From: Camelus dromedarius
Lineage: Eukaryota
Assembly: GCF_036321535.1 (NCBI RefSeq)
Contig: NC_087437.1
Location: 120,590,001-120,654,000, forward strand
DNA: 64,000 nt
Reading direction: 5' to 3'
The translations under genes and the position numbers were made by a program. The first letter of the stretch is position 1, and the number at the start of each line of letters is the position of its first letter. Positions 37,178-49,318 of the stretch are shown one piece after another. The notes under the pieces were generated by a model. The model was not told where the DNA came from, did not search any database, and worked only from the letters and a program-made list of their open reading frames with translations.

Positions 37178-37734
37178 TTTTAGGTCATGGAGCCAGGATC
37201 GTGGATAGCTGATGGGACCTTGCCTTGCTCCCCTGCCCTGTGAGCGGCTCTGTCCACCCGCTTGGCAGGCACTGCTGTCCTCACTGTGCTGATTTGGCGA
37301 TGCCCCTGTGTGTCCCCTCACTCCTCCGCTGGGGACTGACTGGGAGCTGGACCCTGAGGATGCCAAGGCAAGGCCAGGGCCCGGCTGCAGGGTGGGCAGA
37401 AGAGCAAGGTCCCACCAGCTCTCCAGATTTCAAATTCCCTTTCAATTCTGTTGTCCAAAGGGTGGAGGTCCCAGCTGCGTCCCGGCTACAGTGAACAGAG
37501 CAGAAGGCAGAAAGGAGCAGGGGCTCTAGGTGGCCTGGCTGATTAGCATCTCCGCTCCCCCCAGAGGAGGGAGAGTGAGAGCCCGCTTCTGCTTTCTCCA
37601 TGGCAGCTCCAGTACAGCTCACCTTCCCAGCATCCTCATGTCTATAAGACATAGGCTAATTTAAAATGCCTTTTAGCATTACATAAGGGATGCATGCTTA
37701 TTACAAAAAATAAAAAAAGAGAGAGAATGCTCAT

Positions 37735-38150
37735 ATTATGGGCTGAGGGTTTGGGGGACTGTGTCACCCCCAAATCCATCTGTTGAAGCTGTGTATTCAA
37801 CATGTGTTGAATGTGACTGTATCTGGAGGGGGGTCTTTAAAGAGGTGATTTAGGTAAAATGAGGTCACTAGGGTGGCCCTAATCCAATCTGAAAGGTGTC
37901 CTTAGGGGAAGAGGTGATCAGGACACAGACACACACGGGGGTGACCATGGGGCACACAAGGAGGAGACGGCCGTCTGCACAGCAGGAAAGGAGGCCTGGA
38001 AGGAGCTGGCCTGCTGACGCCTTGCTCTGGGCCCTCTGGTTTACAGAGTCGTGAGACAACGGGTTTCTGTTCTCTGAGCCACCGGGGCCTCTGTCCTCTG
38101 AGCCACCGGGGCCGTGGTGCCTGGTTACTGCAGCCCTCACAAACTCAGAC
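37735..38150 (+). mobile_element. MLT1A MaLR solo LTR with an internal 24-bp tandem duplication (38067-38114)
   Basis: CCCCCAAATCC...GTCTTTAAAGAGGTGAT...GGCCCTAATCCAAT; CTGT(T/C)CTCTGAGCCACCGGGGCC occurs twice. Confidence 0.8.
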
Positions 38151-39309
38151 GAGGAGTAAAGTGATGGGAACGCCCTCCCCGCGGACGCCCGCTCAGAGGT
38201 CTCCTGGGAAGCCTGGCTGCTCAGACTCCCAGGTGTGAAAGCAGGTTTGCACCTGCTCATACAGACAGTGTGCAGACGGTGGGGGGCCGGGCCACGTCCC
38301 CCAAGGGAGCCTGCCTGCAGCACAGGCTCAAGGGTCCTCCTGGGACCACCACAGCCTTCCCCACCAGTGCTGACAGCAGTCACTCCATTTATGGGGCTCG
38401 GGACACCTGAGGGCTGAGCTCCCCACCCCCAACACCAGTCCTCAAGGAATAAAAGGACATAAACGGATTTACCTCACAACTACCCAGTTCCCAGTCTACA
38501 GCCCTTCCTGATGCCGAAGGTTGAGCTTACATTTTGATGTGATGTCGTGACCGATGACAGCGGCAAATTGTTCAGAGAGACCTGACCCCGGAGGGAGGCT
38601 TCTCTCCTACGCGTTTTCCAGGAGGCGGCGCTGGGCTTGCGTTCCATGCGCTGGGAGGGGTGCGGACACGCTTCTTCCCGTGGGCCAGTGATGCTTCTCC
38701 ACAGCTCTCTGTTTATTTAGAATATTTGGGGTTTTAGTGTATTTTGTTCCCAGTCGCGTCGTGTCGTGATCTTGCATCTATGCCCAAATTCAACAGCCTC
38801 CCCTAGGCCCACCCCAGCCCTCCCCCTCCGTGCTAACGCAGCGGTCTATTGCTTTCTGGAAGCATCTCCTCAGACCCACCAAAAGCAGTGCTTGAAGGCT
38901 CCTTCCCCGTTTCTCAGGAGGTGGGCAGCATATCGGGCCTGTGAGGTCTGCTAGAGCTTTCCCACCTGCGGGAGAAACACCAAACCTGCATGGGTGAATT
39001 TTTAGGAAAAGCATGAACTTTTTCTTTTTTAACCCCAGAGAACAATTGGAAAAACAATCTGGTGCAAAGGAAAACGTGAACGATTTTGCTCGAGCGTGTG
39101 TGCGTCCGAGTTGGGGGGTGCGCAGGCGGAGAGACCTGCCCTTGAGAGGCCCTGCCCACCCCTCTGTGAACAAGCCTGTCGAGGGCGGGGGCTCCCACCT
39201 TAGCAAGGAGGCTGCATCACCGTTCGGAGCCGGACACCTGCAGCCTCGGGTCAGAGGACTGCGCATGTGCGCAGGACGCCACCTTTGTCTTGGCCTCACA
39301 ATTAATCAA

Positions 39310-39780
39310 TAAACAATCTACAACAAGAACAGAAGAAGTTTTACTGGACCCAAACCGAGAACTACAGCCCAGGAGGGCCACCTGCACAGAGGCAGGAAGC
39401 ACGGCGTTCGGCAGTTTTGCACCTTGTCAGAACAGAGAACAAATATCAAACATGACAGGGGTATGTTCCTTCCAGGCTTCAGAAGAGACAGATCAGCACA
39501 TACACAGCGAGTCAGGTGGCCTCGGCTTCCGGGGGGGCCTGATCTCTGAAGGAGCACTAGCGTTTACCCCTGTCTTTGGAGCAGACATCCTCCACTTCCG
39601 AATAACGCTTTATTTTCTTTCATGGTTAAAGCAGATGTTTGATGCAAGATCCATCAAGTACCGGCCAAATCATGCACAAGCTGGGGGCTTCCCCATACTC
39701 CAGTCTGTGAAAATTCCTTCCATCAGGCTGCAGACCTCGCAGGTGCCCTGGGCAAGTAGCATTTCTAAGTGAGGTGTGGT
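39310..39780. mobile_element. Probable ERV1-class LTR fragment
   Basis: CCAAACCGAGAACTACAGCCCAGG...AAACATGACAGGG motifs similar to the element at 40-230. Confidence 0.4.
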
Positions 39781-41544
39781 GGCCAGGTCCCTGGGTGGAG
39801 TGGGGCCTTTGGGCAGACCACACTGAGTGGGGTTGGGGTGCAAGGGGTTTGGGGCCATGGTAGCACCTGTGAAAGATAAAGGGAGGCAGGACTGGGCAGG
39901 CAAAGCCTCAGACCTTGATGCATCTGACTGACGCTCAGAGCAAAGATTGCCCCATAGGATGCTGGGCCATGGGCAGACATGTCCTGGTACCCAGCCCGCT
40001 CCGACTGGCTGGCACCTGGGGAGCCCCGATTGGGCCTCCCTGTCTCTGCCCCTTGGCCTGCTTTCTGGCCCAGCTGCCCCGCTTCTGTTTCCCATGTCTC
40101 TCCCGTGAGGCTCTGTACAAAGATGCTTCCTACAGTCCGTAGCTAATAGTTCCACGGCTCTTGTTGGAGCCAGCCCTGTGCTCAGGTCGCAGGTGCTCAG
40201 TCCCCCTTATAGGACAGCCACACACAGCAGCCACTGCCTTTCACACCTGGCCAACCACACTGCCCTCACGCTCTTCTGAGGTGCAGGATTCAAACTCAGG
40301 ACTTCACCCCCGCAGGCATGTCTTCCCTGTGTGCAGGACGAGGTCTGTCCTGGGCCGGGCGCTGGCTTCACTGCTCTTGTGAACTTGACTTTGATCTGCA
40401 GGCTGGTCAGGCCAAGCTTCTCCCTGTGCCCCCTGTATTGTATTCTCCACTGACATTCGAATGTCTGATGGACGGCAACAGTCTTGTCTGACTCTGCACC
40501 TGTAGGCCGAGCTCAGTTTCTCAGCGGCACCTCGAGGATGGGTCTCAGCGTGTGCTGGTAAGAAAAACCCTTTTGTGACTTTTGCCCTTGTAGAGCCTAT
40601 GTTTAAAATACTATGTATATTGAATATATTTAAAATAACCTGTCTTCTGAAATTCTGCACTTATCGTGGTTCCCTCCTACGTGTTAAACAGGAACCTGCA
40701 TCACTTACCCACTGGAGAGTGTGTTAACGTGCAGGAGTTAATACGTTTCCAGCAAAGTCATTATCTTAAGTGCTGGTAAATTTCTACATTTTGGGTAGAT
40801 AGGAAGTTTTGCCTTAAACTTCTAAAAATGCCTGAAGTATCCCCAAGGCTTGTGCTCCCCGGCACACACTTGGGGATCACGGAAGTGCAAGTAGGAGTCT
40901 CCTTGTTTTACGGAAAAGGAAACTAAGACCCCAAGGGGTCATGTCCTTGTTCAAGGTCAGAGGTTGGCTCTAAGCCTTGGCTCCCAGCTCCTCCAGGCAG
41001 TGGCAACAACCAGATGTCTGTGTCCTACTGCCCTAGGAGCCACCGGCCAGCTGGACGGGCCCCTCCCGGGATTCACGCCTGTACTCCGTGCACCTGAGCA
41101 GGGCTTGACGGGCAAGTTCCCGGTGAGTGTCTCAGGGCTGGAAAGACCCCTCCTGGTCTTGGAAGTGGGCAGCTGGCTGCCCTTCCATCTTGGGGTCTCC
41201 TCTCAGGCTCTGGTTTACTTGTCTATGAAATGGGATGCTAGCAAGTTCGTCCTGAGAATGAGAACCAATAATGAGCAGAGTGGAGTCCCTCTCCCAGGGC
41301 TGAGCAAACGCTCCTGGCAGGTACACAGACCCCACTTGCCTTTGGTTCCTTCATGGCAGAAATCCCCTCACTCCCTCCCTGTGCCAAGTAGCACTGCAGG
41401 TAGGCTTGTCCGTTCCCCATTTTAATTCAGCAGGCTGGGACGTGAGTGTCTCTCCTTGCAAGGAAACGTCCTGCCTGGGGCGTGAGAGGCTCCAGCCCTG
41501 CAGCCGGGGCGGGTGGGCTGTACACTGATGGTGGAAGTTACGGA

Positions 41545-41670
41545 GTTTGCTGTGCCTCGTTTCCCGCAAATGTAGAATGGGATGCCAATCATCTCTACCT
41601 CACGGCCTGTTTAGATAAGCAGCTGAAAGAACACACTCGTGTGACAGCCCTCAATAAATCTTAGCAGTGA
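41545..41670 (+). mobile_element. MIR SINE
   Basis: TGTGCCTCGTTTCCCGCAAATGTAGAATGGGAT...CTCAATAAAT. Confidence 0.6.
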
Positions 41671-41929
41671 CCACATCTCCCGTCATCTTAGCACGTGGGC
41701 CCAGGAAGCAGTCAAGGGCTGCTGGGCTGGCTTCCAAGTTCCCTTTTTGTGTTTACTCTGTTTATATGTTCAGACCTGCTTTTCCAGAGCACGTTTCTGC
41801 TCAGCTGAGGTCTGAAGATCACAGATTTAAACCAAGTCTGGATTAGATTGCTGACACTTTATGCTGTTGAGACAAAGATAGTATTTGGCGCTGACTGGAA
41901 AGCTCAGTGATGAGGTGCGTTTTTATCAG

Positions 41930-42420
41930 TTTAAAAAAAGTAATTACAAAGTGAGTGCGTATTGATACACTTAGCACACAGTAGAAGGTCCCCTTACCTT
42001 GCCCAGCCAACAAGAGTCTCATGTTTGTCCTTCCAGGACTTTCCTGGGTGTGGATGTGCAGATGTTGCTTTTAAATACAGAAAGAGGTTCATTGCATACC
42101 CATGGCTCTGCAGCTTCTCTTTGTTTTTTATTTTAACTTGAAAAATCTCAGAAATTATGTAATAGCATGCATAGGATTACTACAATAATTTTTAAATGTT
42201 TTAAAATAAAAAATATCATTAAATGAATAGCCTAGTTTATTTAATGGGGCATCTGTTGGTTGTTTCAGGGTTTTTAGGGTAAATGCGTGCTGTGAGTCAG
42301 AACATCTGTGTCCATATCTGCAGGTGGCTATGGGAATTTGTCTGTAGGATTTACATGACTGCAGTGGCAGTGAAAAGTCCACGATCTTACAAATAGGGAC
42401 TTTACACGAACATTGCAAAC
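41930..42420 (-). mobile_element. Very old L1ME fragments
   Basis: AT-rich; GGGCATCTGTTGGTTGTTTCAGG...ATGCGTGCTGTG motifs. Confidence 0.5.
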
Positions 42421-43508
42421 CATGTCTTCTTTTTCAAGGGTAAGAGAATTGTGAGTAAAACAGGTGCAGGTATGTTTATTTTATTTTAGTCTAGGTGTTT
42501 TCTGAAATAATTTGAGGAGGCTTAAAATAAGGCACAGCAGAGAGTGACAGCACCTGGTATTTTAAATAGCTTTGGGATGAAACTCATCCAAGTGCAGGAG
42601 GTCCAGCTTGGACCTGAGGGCCTGAGCAGGCGCAGGTCCCACGGAGGCAGGGAGCAGGCAGGAGAGCGGAGATGGCCCTCCGTCATCCTTAACAATCCAG
42701 TGGCAGGACAGCCCTCCCTGGCCGCTCCCCGGGTGCCTGATGGGCGATGCAGGCAGCCCTGTTCCGCGGCTCTGATGACTCTCTTCCAGGAGGGGCTGTG
42801 GTTACTGACCACAGGGGAGGGGTGGGGCTAGGAGGCCGGTTCAGGGCGACAATCCTCCCCTCAACCTCCGGGAACCCCATCCCCCCAATTCGGGAGGCTT
42901 CCTCCAGGGTCAAGTAGGATACAATGTTGCCGGGTGCCAACTATAAATAAGTCAAAGTGCGACGGGGTTGGGTCCTGATCCCCGCGTGGACCGGTGGCTC
43001 CCCAGGACCCCCCAACCCCCGAGTAACCCCGGACAGTAACATGAACTGGGGGAATCTCACGCCGGGGAACACCCCCAAGTGCCCGCAGAGGGGGCTCTGA
43101 AGAGATGAGGGCTCTGGGCGGTCCCCACTGCCCTCCCTCGCCCTGTGACTCGCCGCCTCCATGCAGTGCCCCTGGCCCTACGTCCAGTCCCCCGTCTGTG
43201 TCCCCAGCCAGACCCCCTCCCTGCACCCCCAATCCCTCCTTAGACTCACCTAGCTGAGCCCGCACCCCACGTGCTTCTGGCTCCAAGCTCGCCGGATCCT
43301 CCAGCCCCGTCCGTTTCTGGACCCCAGCCAGGCCGCCCACCCCGGGTGTCCCCTTGTTCTCCTACCGCGTCCCCTGTCCCCTGGTGCCTCGTGTCCCCCA
43401 CCCCCGCTGAACCGCTGTACCTCCCAGTCCCCCTGGCGTATCTCCCCCACGTGTTCCCCCCAACCTCCCCCCCGAGTGTGCCCCTAGCGTGTTTCCCCTG
43501 CCGGACTC

Positions 43509-43590
43509 CGTGTCCCCCTGTCGCCCCCCCCGCGTGTCCCCCACGTGTCCCCCTGTCGCCCCCCCCGCGTGTCCCCCCGCGTGTCCCCGC
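43509..43590 (+). repeat. Tandem repeat in the promoter: 35-bp unit CGTGTCCCCCTGTCGCCCCCCCCGCGTGTCCCCC(A/C), two copies plus a partial
   Basis: Read directly; further GTGTCCCC-like motifs occur at ~43345-43460. Confidence 0.85.
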
Positions 43591-43713
43591 CGCCCCGCGC
43601 GCCGGCGGAACTGTGGGATCGCCGCGCACAGGAAGTGGCGGGGCGGCGCGGCCGAGGGCGGAGGGCGGCGGGCCGGGCGGGGCGGGATGGGGGCCGGGGG
43701 CGGCGGGCGCCGC

Positions 43714-43830
43714 ACTCGCTGAGGCCCGACGCAGGGCCGGGCGCGCCCAGGGCCGGAGCGCGGCGGCCGGAGCGGCCCGGAGGCGACGCCGGGGGCCACG
43801 CGCGCGACGAGCAGGTGGCGGCGGCTGCAG
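43714..43830 (+). other. AGPAT3: Non-coding exon 1 (5'UTR) of 1-acylglycerol-3-phosphate O-acyltransferase 3
   Basis: ACTCGCTGAGGCCCGACGCAGGGCCGG...GCGCGACGAGCAGGTGGCGGCGGCTGCAG closely matches my recollection of the first ~120 nt of human AGPAT3 mRNA. It ends at a consensus donor CAG|GTGAGC (43831) inside a CpG island. TSS approximate; not database-verified. Confidence 0.75.
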
Positions 43831-44610
43831 GTGAGCGGCGGGGCCCCCGCGAGGTCGGCCCCCTCCCCTCCCCGCCGCCGGAGGTCGGGGACCCTCCCCG
43901 CTGCCCCTGTCACCACCCCCACCGCGACCCGGGCCCCGCGCCGCCGCAGTGGGCCGGCTGCGCTCCTCCTGCGGGAGGCCTGCGGGCGGACGGGGGCTGG
44001 GGTCCGCGGGCCCCGGGCTCCCTCCCGGCCTCCCCGGGGCCCCGTCCGGCCAGGCCCAGGCCTGGTCCCCGTCCCTGCCGGCCCGCCTGGGGCGCTGCAG
44101 CCGGGCGCGCTGGGCCCGGGCTGCGCGCGGCCGGGGCAGGGGCGCCCGGGAGGGGCGGGCGGGCCGCCGGGCGACCGGGCTGGGCGAGGGGCGACATCGC
44201 CGCCCGCTCCCCAAGGACTTTCGCAGGCCCGCTGCTCCCCGAGGACATACGCGCCCCTCGCCCGCCTTCGGGGCGCTGGGACCGAGGGCCCCGCGCGCCC
44301 CCGACCCTGCGCGCTGCGGCCACGGTCTAGTTTCACTTTTTGCTCAGCCCGGAGGGAGGGCTGCAGGCGGGACTGCAAGGGGGTGCGTGCTGACTCTCCA
44401 GATTTGACTTTGGCGTCTGGACCAAAGGCCGACGGTGAATCTCCACGGTTCCAGTCAGGTGATGGGGTCAGTCAATAACCTAGGAGCCCCTTAGGAGGAA
44501 AGCCACCTCCACCCCCAGGGCCGCCTGGAGGACCCGGGAACCTGGGATTCCAAGGGTCTCAGGAAAAGAGGGTGATGAGCCGTTGAAGCTACCTTGAAAA
44601 ATTGTGCAGA

Positions 44611-44660
44611 TTTCCTCCCTTCCTCCCTCCCTCCCTTCCTCCCTTCCTTCCTTCCCTCCT
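44611..44660 (+). repeat. Polypyrimidine (CCCT/CCTT)n low-complexity tract
   Basis: Read directly. Confidence 0.9.
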
Positions 44661-47489
44661 TTCAACTTTGAGAAGTTCAGTGAAATAGGGAAAATGCTTT
44701 TTATAAATGACTTCCCAAACCTTTTTTTTTTTTTAAAGCACACTAAAAACAGTCTCCTTTAAGAGAATACTAGAGCAATTAAGTCCGTTTTTGTAGGAAA
44801 TATGATCTTATGAGAAGGGGAAATGAGGGCTGTTCCCCCTGAGGCAGACAGGAATGAGTGGTACCACCCACGTCAAGGGTGACAGTTGCCCAGAGAGCCA
44901 GCCCCACCAGTGGTGGGGCTGGTGGGGGATGACAGTGTGCTGGTGCGAACACCTGGCTGGTGCTGAGGGACTAAACCAGGAAGTCCCCAACATGCTTTAA
45001 ATTAGAGCTCTGCAGGGCCATAATATTCTTTTAGGGATTGCTAATCAATGTTTTTTCCATTTAAAAACTTCCTAAGGGGTCTCAGTGAGATTCTGAACAT
45101 TCTCTAATTTGATCATTTCCTGACTGCCACCTCCCCCTTTCTAGATAATCCTGACCCCGCCCCCCCTTCCCTCAAAGTTTAGGAGTTAGGCTGTTACAAC
45201 TCACTTCTGTATCCTTTTCTCAGTCACTCAGGGCATCTTCTTGATTACATTGTTTTAAAAAAAGGAAGTTACATGTGATTGAGATTCTTACACACCCTGG
45301 TTGACATTCAGAATGGACGGACATGTGATTGGCGGTCAGAACACACAGGGCCTCTTCTTGGCCTCGGAAAGGGTAGGTGCCTTAATGTTTTGAACCAGAC
45401 TTCCCACGCACCCAGACTGGTTGTGCTGGCTGGAGGGTGCTGGTCACCCTACCCAAGTGGGACTCTGCCCAGACATCACTGCCCAGTGATCTGAGGCTTA
45501 GCAGCAGCCTGGGGAGTTCGCAGGGGCAAGTCGGTGTCGTGGGATGGTAAGGAAGTTGGGGGAGGGCTCCTTGAGCTGCCAGGGTGTGGCTTCCAGGGGC
45601 TACTGCTGCGCCCAGGCCAGCCTGCTGGTGTTCCTGTGCTGCACACCCGTCTGCGGGCCCGGCTGGGGAGGCAAACTAAGAGTCCGTGTTTCTTTTGGAT
45701 GTTAGAAAATGCGTATCTGCCAGAGTGACCTGGTCTGCCCTCTTTTACTTCTGTTTCCGTGTTCACCGGCAGTGGGTCTCCATACACAGGGTTAGTCCTG
45801 GACGTGGGTCACCTCGGATGACACTTCAACCTGGGAAAACACAGAGGTTAGTTACCTCCTGAAGGTTCGGTCACAAATCGGCATGGCCAGGATTTAAACT
45901 AAGATCCATGGACTCCAATCTTCTCCCCTCATTCGGCTCAAACTCTGTAAACCTTTATCTCTGGTCAAATCAAATGTTGAAATCCTTATAAACAGGGAAC
46001 ATGAGACATAGAAATTGTGTCTGAGAAGAGCCAAATTTACTGCGTTTTCCTGGGGGTGGGGGAGGTGGGGTTAACTTTTCCAATCATATTTGACCCCAAA
46101 GCACACAACTGCCATCGGCTCCAGCCGACCTGGCGTGGGAGACACAAGAAGGCGTTTACGGTGCCGGTTAGGGGCCCGGGCTCGCCGTTAGCAGCTAGTC
46201 TCTGTCTCAGTCAGAATCCACCTGTGGAAAAGCAGTGGCTTCTGCTCCCCTGTTTCTTCCTTCTCTTGGGCTTTGTCAAACACTCTTAATATTTTACCAT
46301 GCAAGTTGTGGCCGATTGATACGTAGAGAGCCAAGCATTGGATGCAACTGACCGCACCTGCCTGTTCCTCTTTAACTGATTTGTGCTATGTGACGCGAGA
46401 CCTTCAGTTGCTCAGCCTTCTCACTGAGAAATTCACGTCACAGCGAGGTTAGACTGAATTTTGTAAAACAATTGCTCAGAAATTCCGTTGATTTTACTCT
46501 TGGTTAAGCAAGGCGTGCTCGGGGTTTTACATGAGTTGTTTCCCATTGCATAGTGAAATGGCTATGACTTCATCTGTTGTTCCTAAAACCGCTTTGTAAT
46601 AATCTTAAAATTAATCCTACATTGCTGATTTCAAAATGTTGCATTTTAGGGAAACATCTTAGTGGTCCATCCTTGGACAGTGTCTCATTTAGTTATTTAG
46701 GAGAATTCATCATGTTTTGATTATCTTTGTGGAGCAAAGCTTGAGAAAACTGATGCACAGGTAATCTTGGGGTGGCATCGGTTTCTCTTTGGAGGTGGAG
46801 GAGCAGGTGCCTGGGGAAAGTTGGCCCGAGTTCCCACTGCAGGGCTGGAGTCTTTGACCCTGGACATGGGGCTTTAAATGGCCATGTCTTTTCCCAAGTG
46901 TAGCCAGAAGGTCACGGATAAGATATATTTTGGAGGTTAGTGCTACTAAGTTGAAAGAAACGTGTCCTTCAGCAGTGACAGGCAGAATTCTCCTCCCTGG
47001 CGGGAGTGCTTGGCGTCACTAGGAACTGGGCGCTCGTGGTGGGAGCTGCCTGCCAGCAGCCGGAGGCCTGTCCCCAGGCGGCCTGGGGAGGCCATGCATC
47101 ATTGATGTGGCTCCTCTCAGTTCCTTTCTGAAAGTGGGTGGGGGATGGAATCAGTGACGGGAGGGACAGAGAGGAGTCCCAGAGCCCGCAGAACGCCGAG
47201 CGGGGAGAGCGGGGAGCTCCTCCACCCAGATCTGCTCTCAGGGCGCCTGTGAGCCTGAGGGTCACACACCCGGGGGCTCGGCGGGAGGGGCCTGCATCCC
47301 GAAGCTGCAGGAACGCTGGCTCTTTCTCTTCGTCCCATCGTTTGCTGACCTGAAACTTTCTAAGTAGATGCTGACGTTAAACGTGTCCCTGCTTCGAGTT
47401 TTATGACAGCAGCTGCAATGACTGCATCTCTGTGGGGCGTTGCGTGTGCTCGTTATGTTGTCTGCTTCTCAGAACAGCCCTGGAAGGAC

Positions 47490-47580
47490 GGGTGCTGCCC
47501 TGTTACACAGGTGGAGAAACTGAGATGGGAAAGCCATGAATCTTGATTTCGAATAGAGGTCTGATTGAATCCAAACCAGC
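47490..47580 (-). mobile_element. MIR SINE fragment
   Basis: TTACACAGGTGGAGAAACTGAGA core. Confidence 0.55.
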
Positions 47581-47870
47581 TCAACACTCAAAAAGCCCAA
47601 TCAATGTATGAAAATCTTCACCTTTAAAACAGAAACTCGGTGACTGACTTCACGGAAGTAGTCATGACAAGCCTTTTTACTTGTAGAAGCTGGACTTGGT
47701 GACTGGGGTTCAGAAATCCCCCTAGGGTGCTGGGAACAGGTCCGTGCTGGCGCGATGGTGTCTGGGGAAGGCTGGGGGTAAACTCAGCGTATGCAGATTC
47801 GCCTGTGCCCGGCTTTTCGTCTGAGACTCGGTGGGAGTGAAGGGAAGAGCTGTCTGTTGACTCTTCTGTT

Positions 47871-48008
47871 GGTTTATTTTTTGTTTGTTTTGCGGGGGGT
47901 GGTAATTAGGTTTATTTATTTATTTATTTTTAATGAAGGTGCTGGGGGTTGGACCCAGACCTGGTGCGTGCCGAGCGCACGCTCCGCCGCTGAGCTGTGC
48001 CCTCCCCC
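47871..48008 (-). mobile_element. Vic-1-type camelid SINE, unusually GC/CpG-shifted
   Basis: The reverse complement reads GGGGAGGGCACAGCTCAGCGGCGGAGCGTGCGCTCGGCACGCACCAGGTCTGGGTCCAACCCCCAGC, then an AAACCTAATTACC tail. Confidence 0.85.
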
Positions 48009-48962
48009 GGCTACCGACTGTCAATATGGAGCACGTGCTGCTGTTGGGTTGTGCTTTTCCTGCAGAGATTTCTACTTAGGCCGTGGTCCTAGCTGACTGG
48101 AGTGAGAGTGACTGAACCAGTGAGCAGGTGTACCTTGTATTAGGAAGTCGCGCATAATCCTCGTGTTTAGAGAGAAATTAAACAATGGGTGTGCCTTGCA
48201 AAGTATGGCTTGCCAGCAGTGATTCTTGCCAAACGAAGACAAGAGGCAAGTTGTTGGTGAATGAAGCTGACATCAGTCCGGGTCACTCGGGAAGGAGGTG
48301 CCGAGGCGCGGGGTGCAGGGCGTGTGGGAGGCTTGCTGGGAGGGGCTGCGGAGGCACAGGAGGAGGTGGTCCGACCCCCCAGGCGAGGGGCTGCGGAGTG
48401 GGGAGGGCAGGAGGCTGGCCTTGGGCCTCAGAGGCAGCTCTGGGGAAGCCTCCTCCTGGGGTCCCCCCGCCAGGAGTCCCTGTCCCTCAGCTCCCCGCCC
48501 TCCCCGCCCCAGGTGAGGCTGGAGGGTGGCAGGGACATGCCCCCATGGCAGGTTCCCTCTTGTGGGGGGTCTGAGTGTGCAGGGTCCATGATGGCCTCAG
48601 AGACAAGAGTTCAGTGACTTGGAACCCACACCAGCAGAAGGACAGTAAATTAATCCCAAACCGCCAACAGTCCTGAGCCCGGGCAGCGCCCCGGTTTAGT
48701 TTGAGGTCCTGGCGGGGCCGGTAGGTGTTACTTCGGCTCTCTGTGTGACAGGGGTGAGCTGGTCCAGCCACGGAGAGAGGCGGAGGGCTCCTGGGTTCCA
48801 GCAGAGACCAGGACATGGGCCTGTCTTCAGCTTCCTGAGCCCAGGCACTTCCCATGGGAACTGAAGTTCCAGAACATTTGTGAGGAAAGCGTGGTCCGGG
48901 CTCCAGGCGAGCAGGGCTTTTTCCGGGGCCCTGCTGCTTTGCACTGACATTTCTGTTCCTCC

Positions 48963-49098
48963 TTTTTTTTTTTTTTTTTTTGAGGTAATTAGGGTTATTT
49001 ATTTAATTATTATTATTTTTTTAATGAACACACAGGGGATTGAAGCCAGGACCTCCTGCATGCTAAGCACACACTCAACCACTTGAGCTGTACCCACC
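48963..49098 (-). mobile_element. Vic-1-type camelid SINE
   Basis: The reverse complement reads GGGTACAGCTCAAGTGG...GGCTTCAATCCCC, with tail and poly(A). Confidence 0.85.
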
Positions 49099-49266
49099 AT
49101 CTTTAAATTTTAATGGGTATAAATGTTTTGGGTATAAATATTTCTTTTTTGGTAAACAAAAGCTATGTGTGAAAGTTGTAAACGCAGATCCGACAGGTGC
49201 CAGGCAGGGGTGGCCGTGTGAACGTGAGTGATGCCCGAGTGCCTCTTCTTTCGGGTGGGTCGTGCT

Positions 49267-49318
49267 TGACCCCCACCTCTGACCCCCACCTCTGACCCCC
49301 AGCCTCTGACCCCCAGCC
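49267..49318 (+). repeat. 13/14-bp tandem repeat TGACCCCCA(G)CCTC, four copies
   Basis: Read directly. Confidence 0.9.

Larger units (their letters stand above)
43340..44330. promoter_or_regulatory. AGPAT3: CpG-island promoter with an ETS site (CAGGAAGTG, 43629-43637) and clustered GC boxes (GGGCGG, 43641-43686)
   Basis: About 1 kb of very high GC and CpG density spanning exon 1 and its donor; Sp1/KLF and ETS motifs lie just upstream of the exon; no TATA box. Confidence 0.85.

Noticed and set aside
43246-44478. Several 200-340 aa ORFs over the CpG island
   Set aside because: Low-complexity Pro/Ala/Gly/Arg sequence on both strands with no recognisable domain; stop codons are simply rare at this GC content, and the exon here is a 5'UTR exon.
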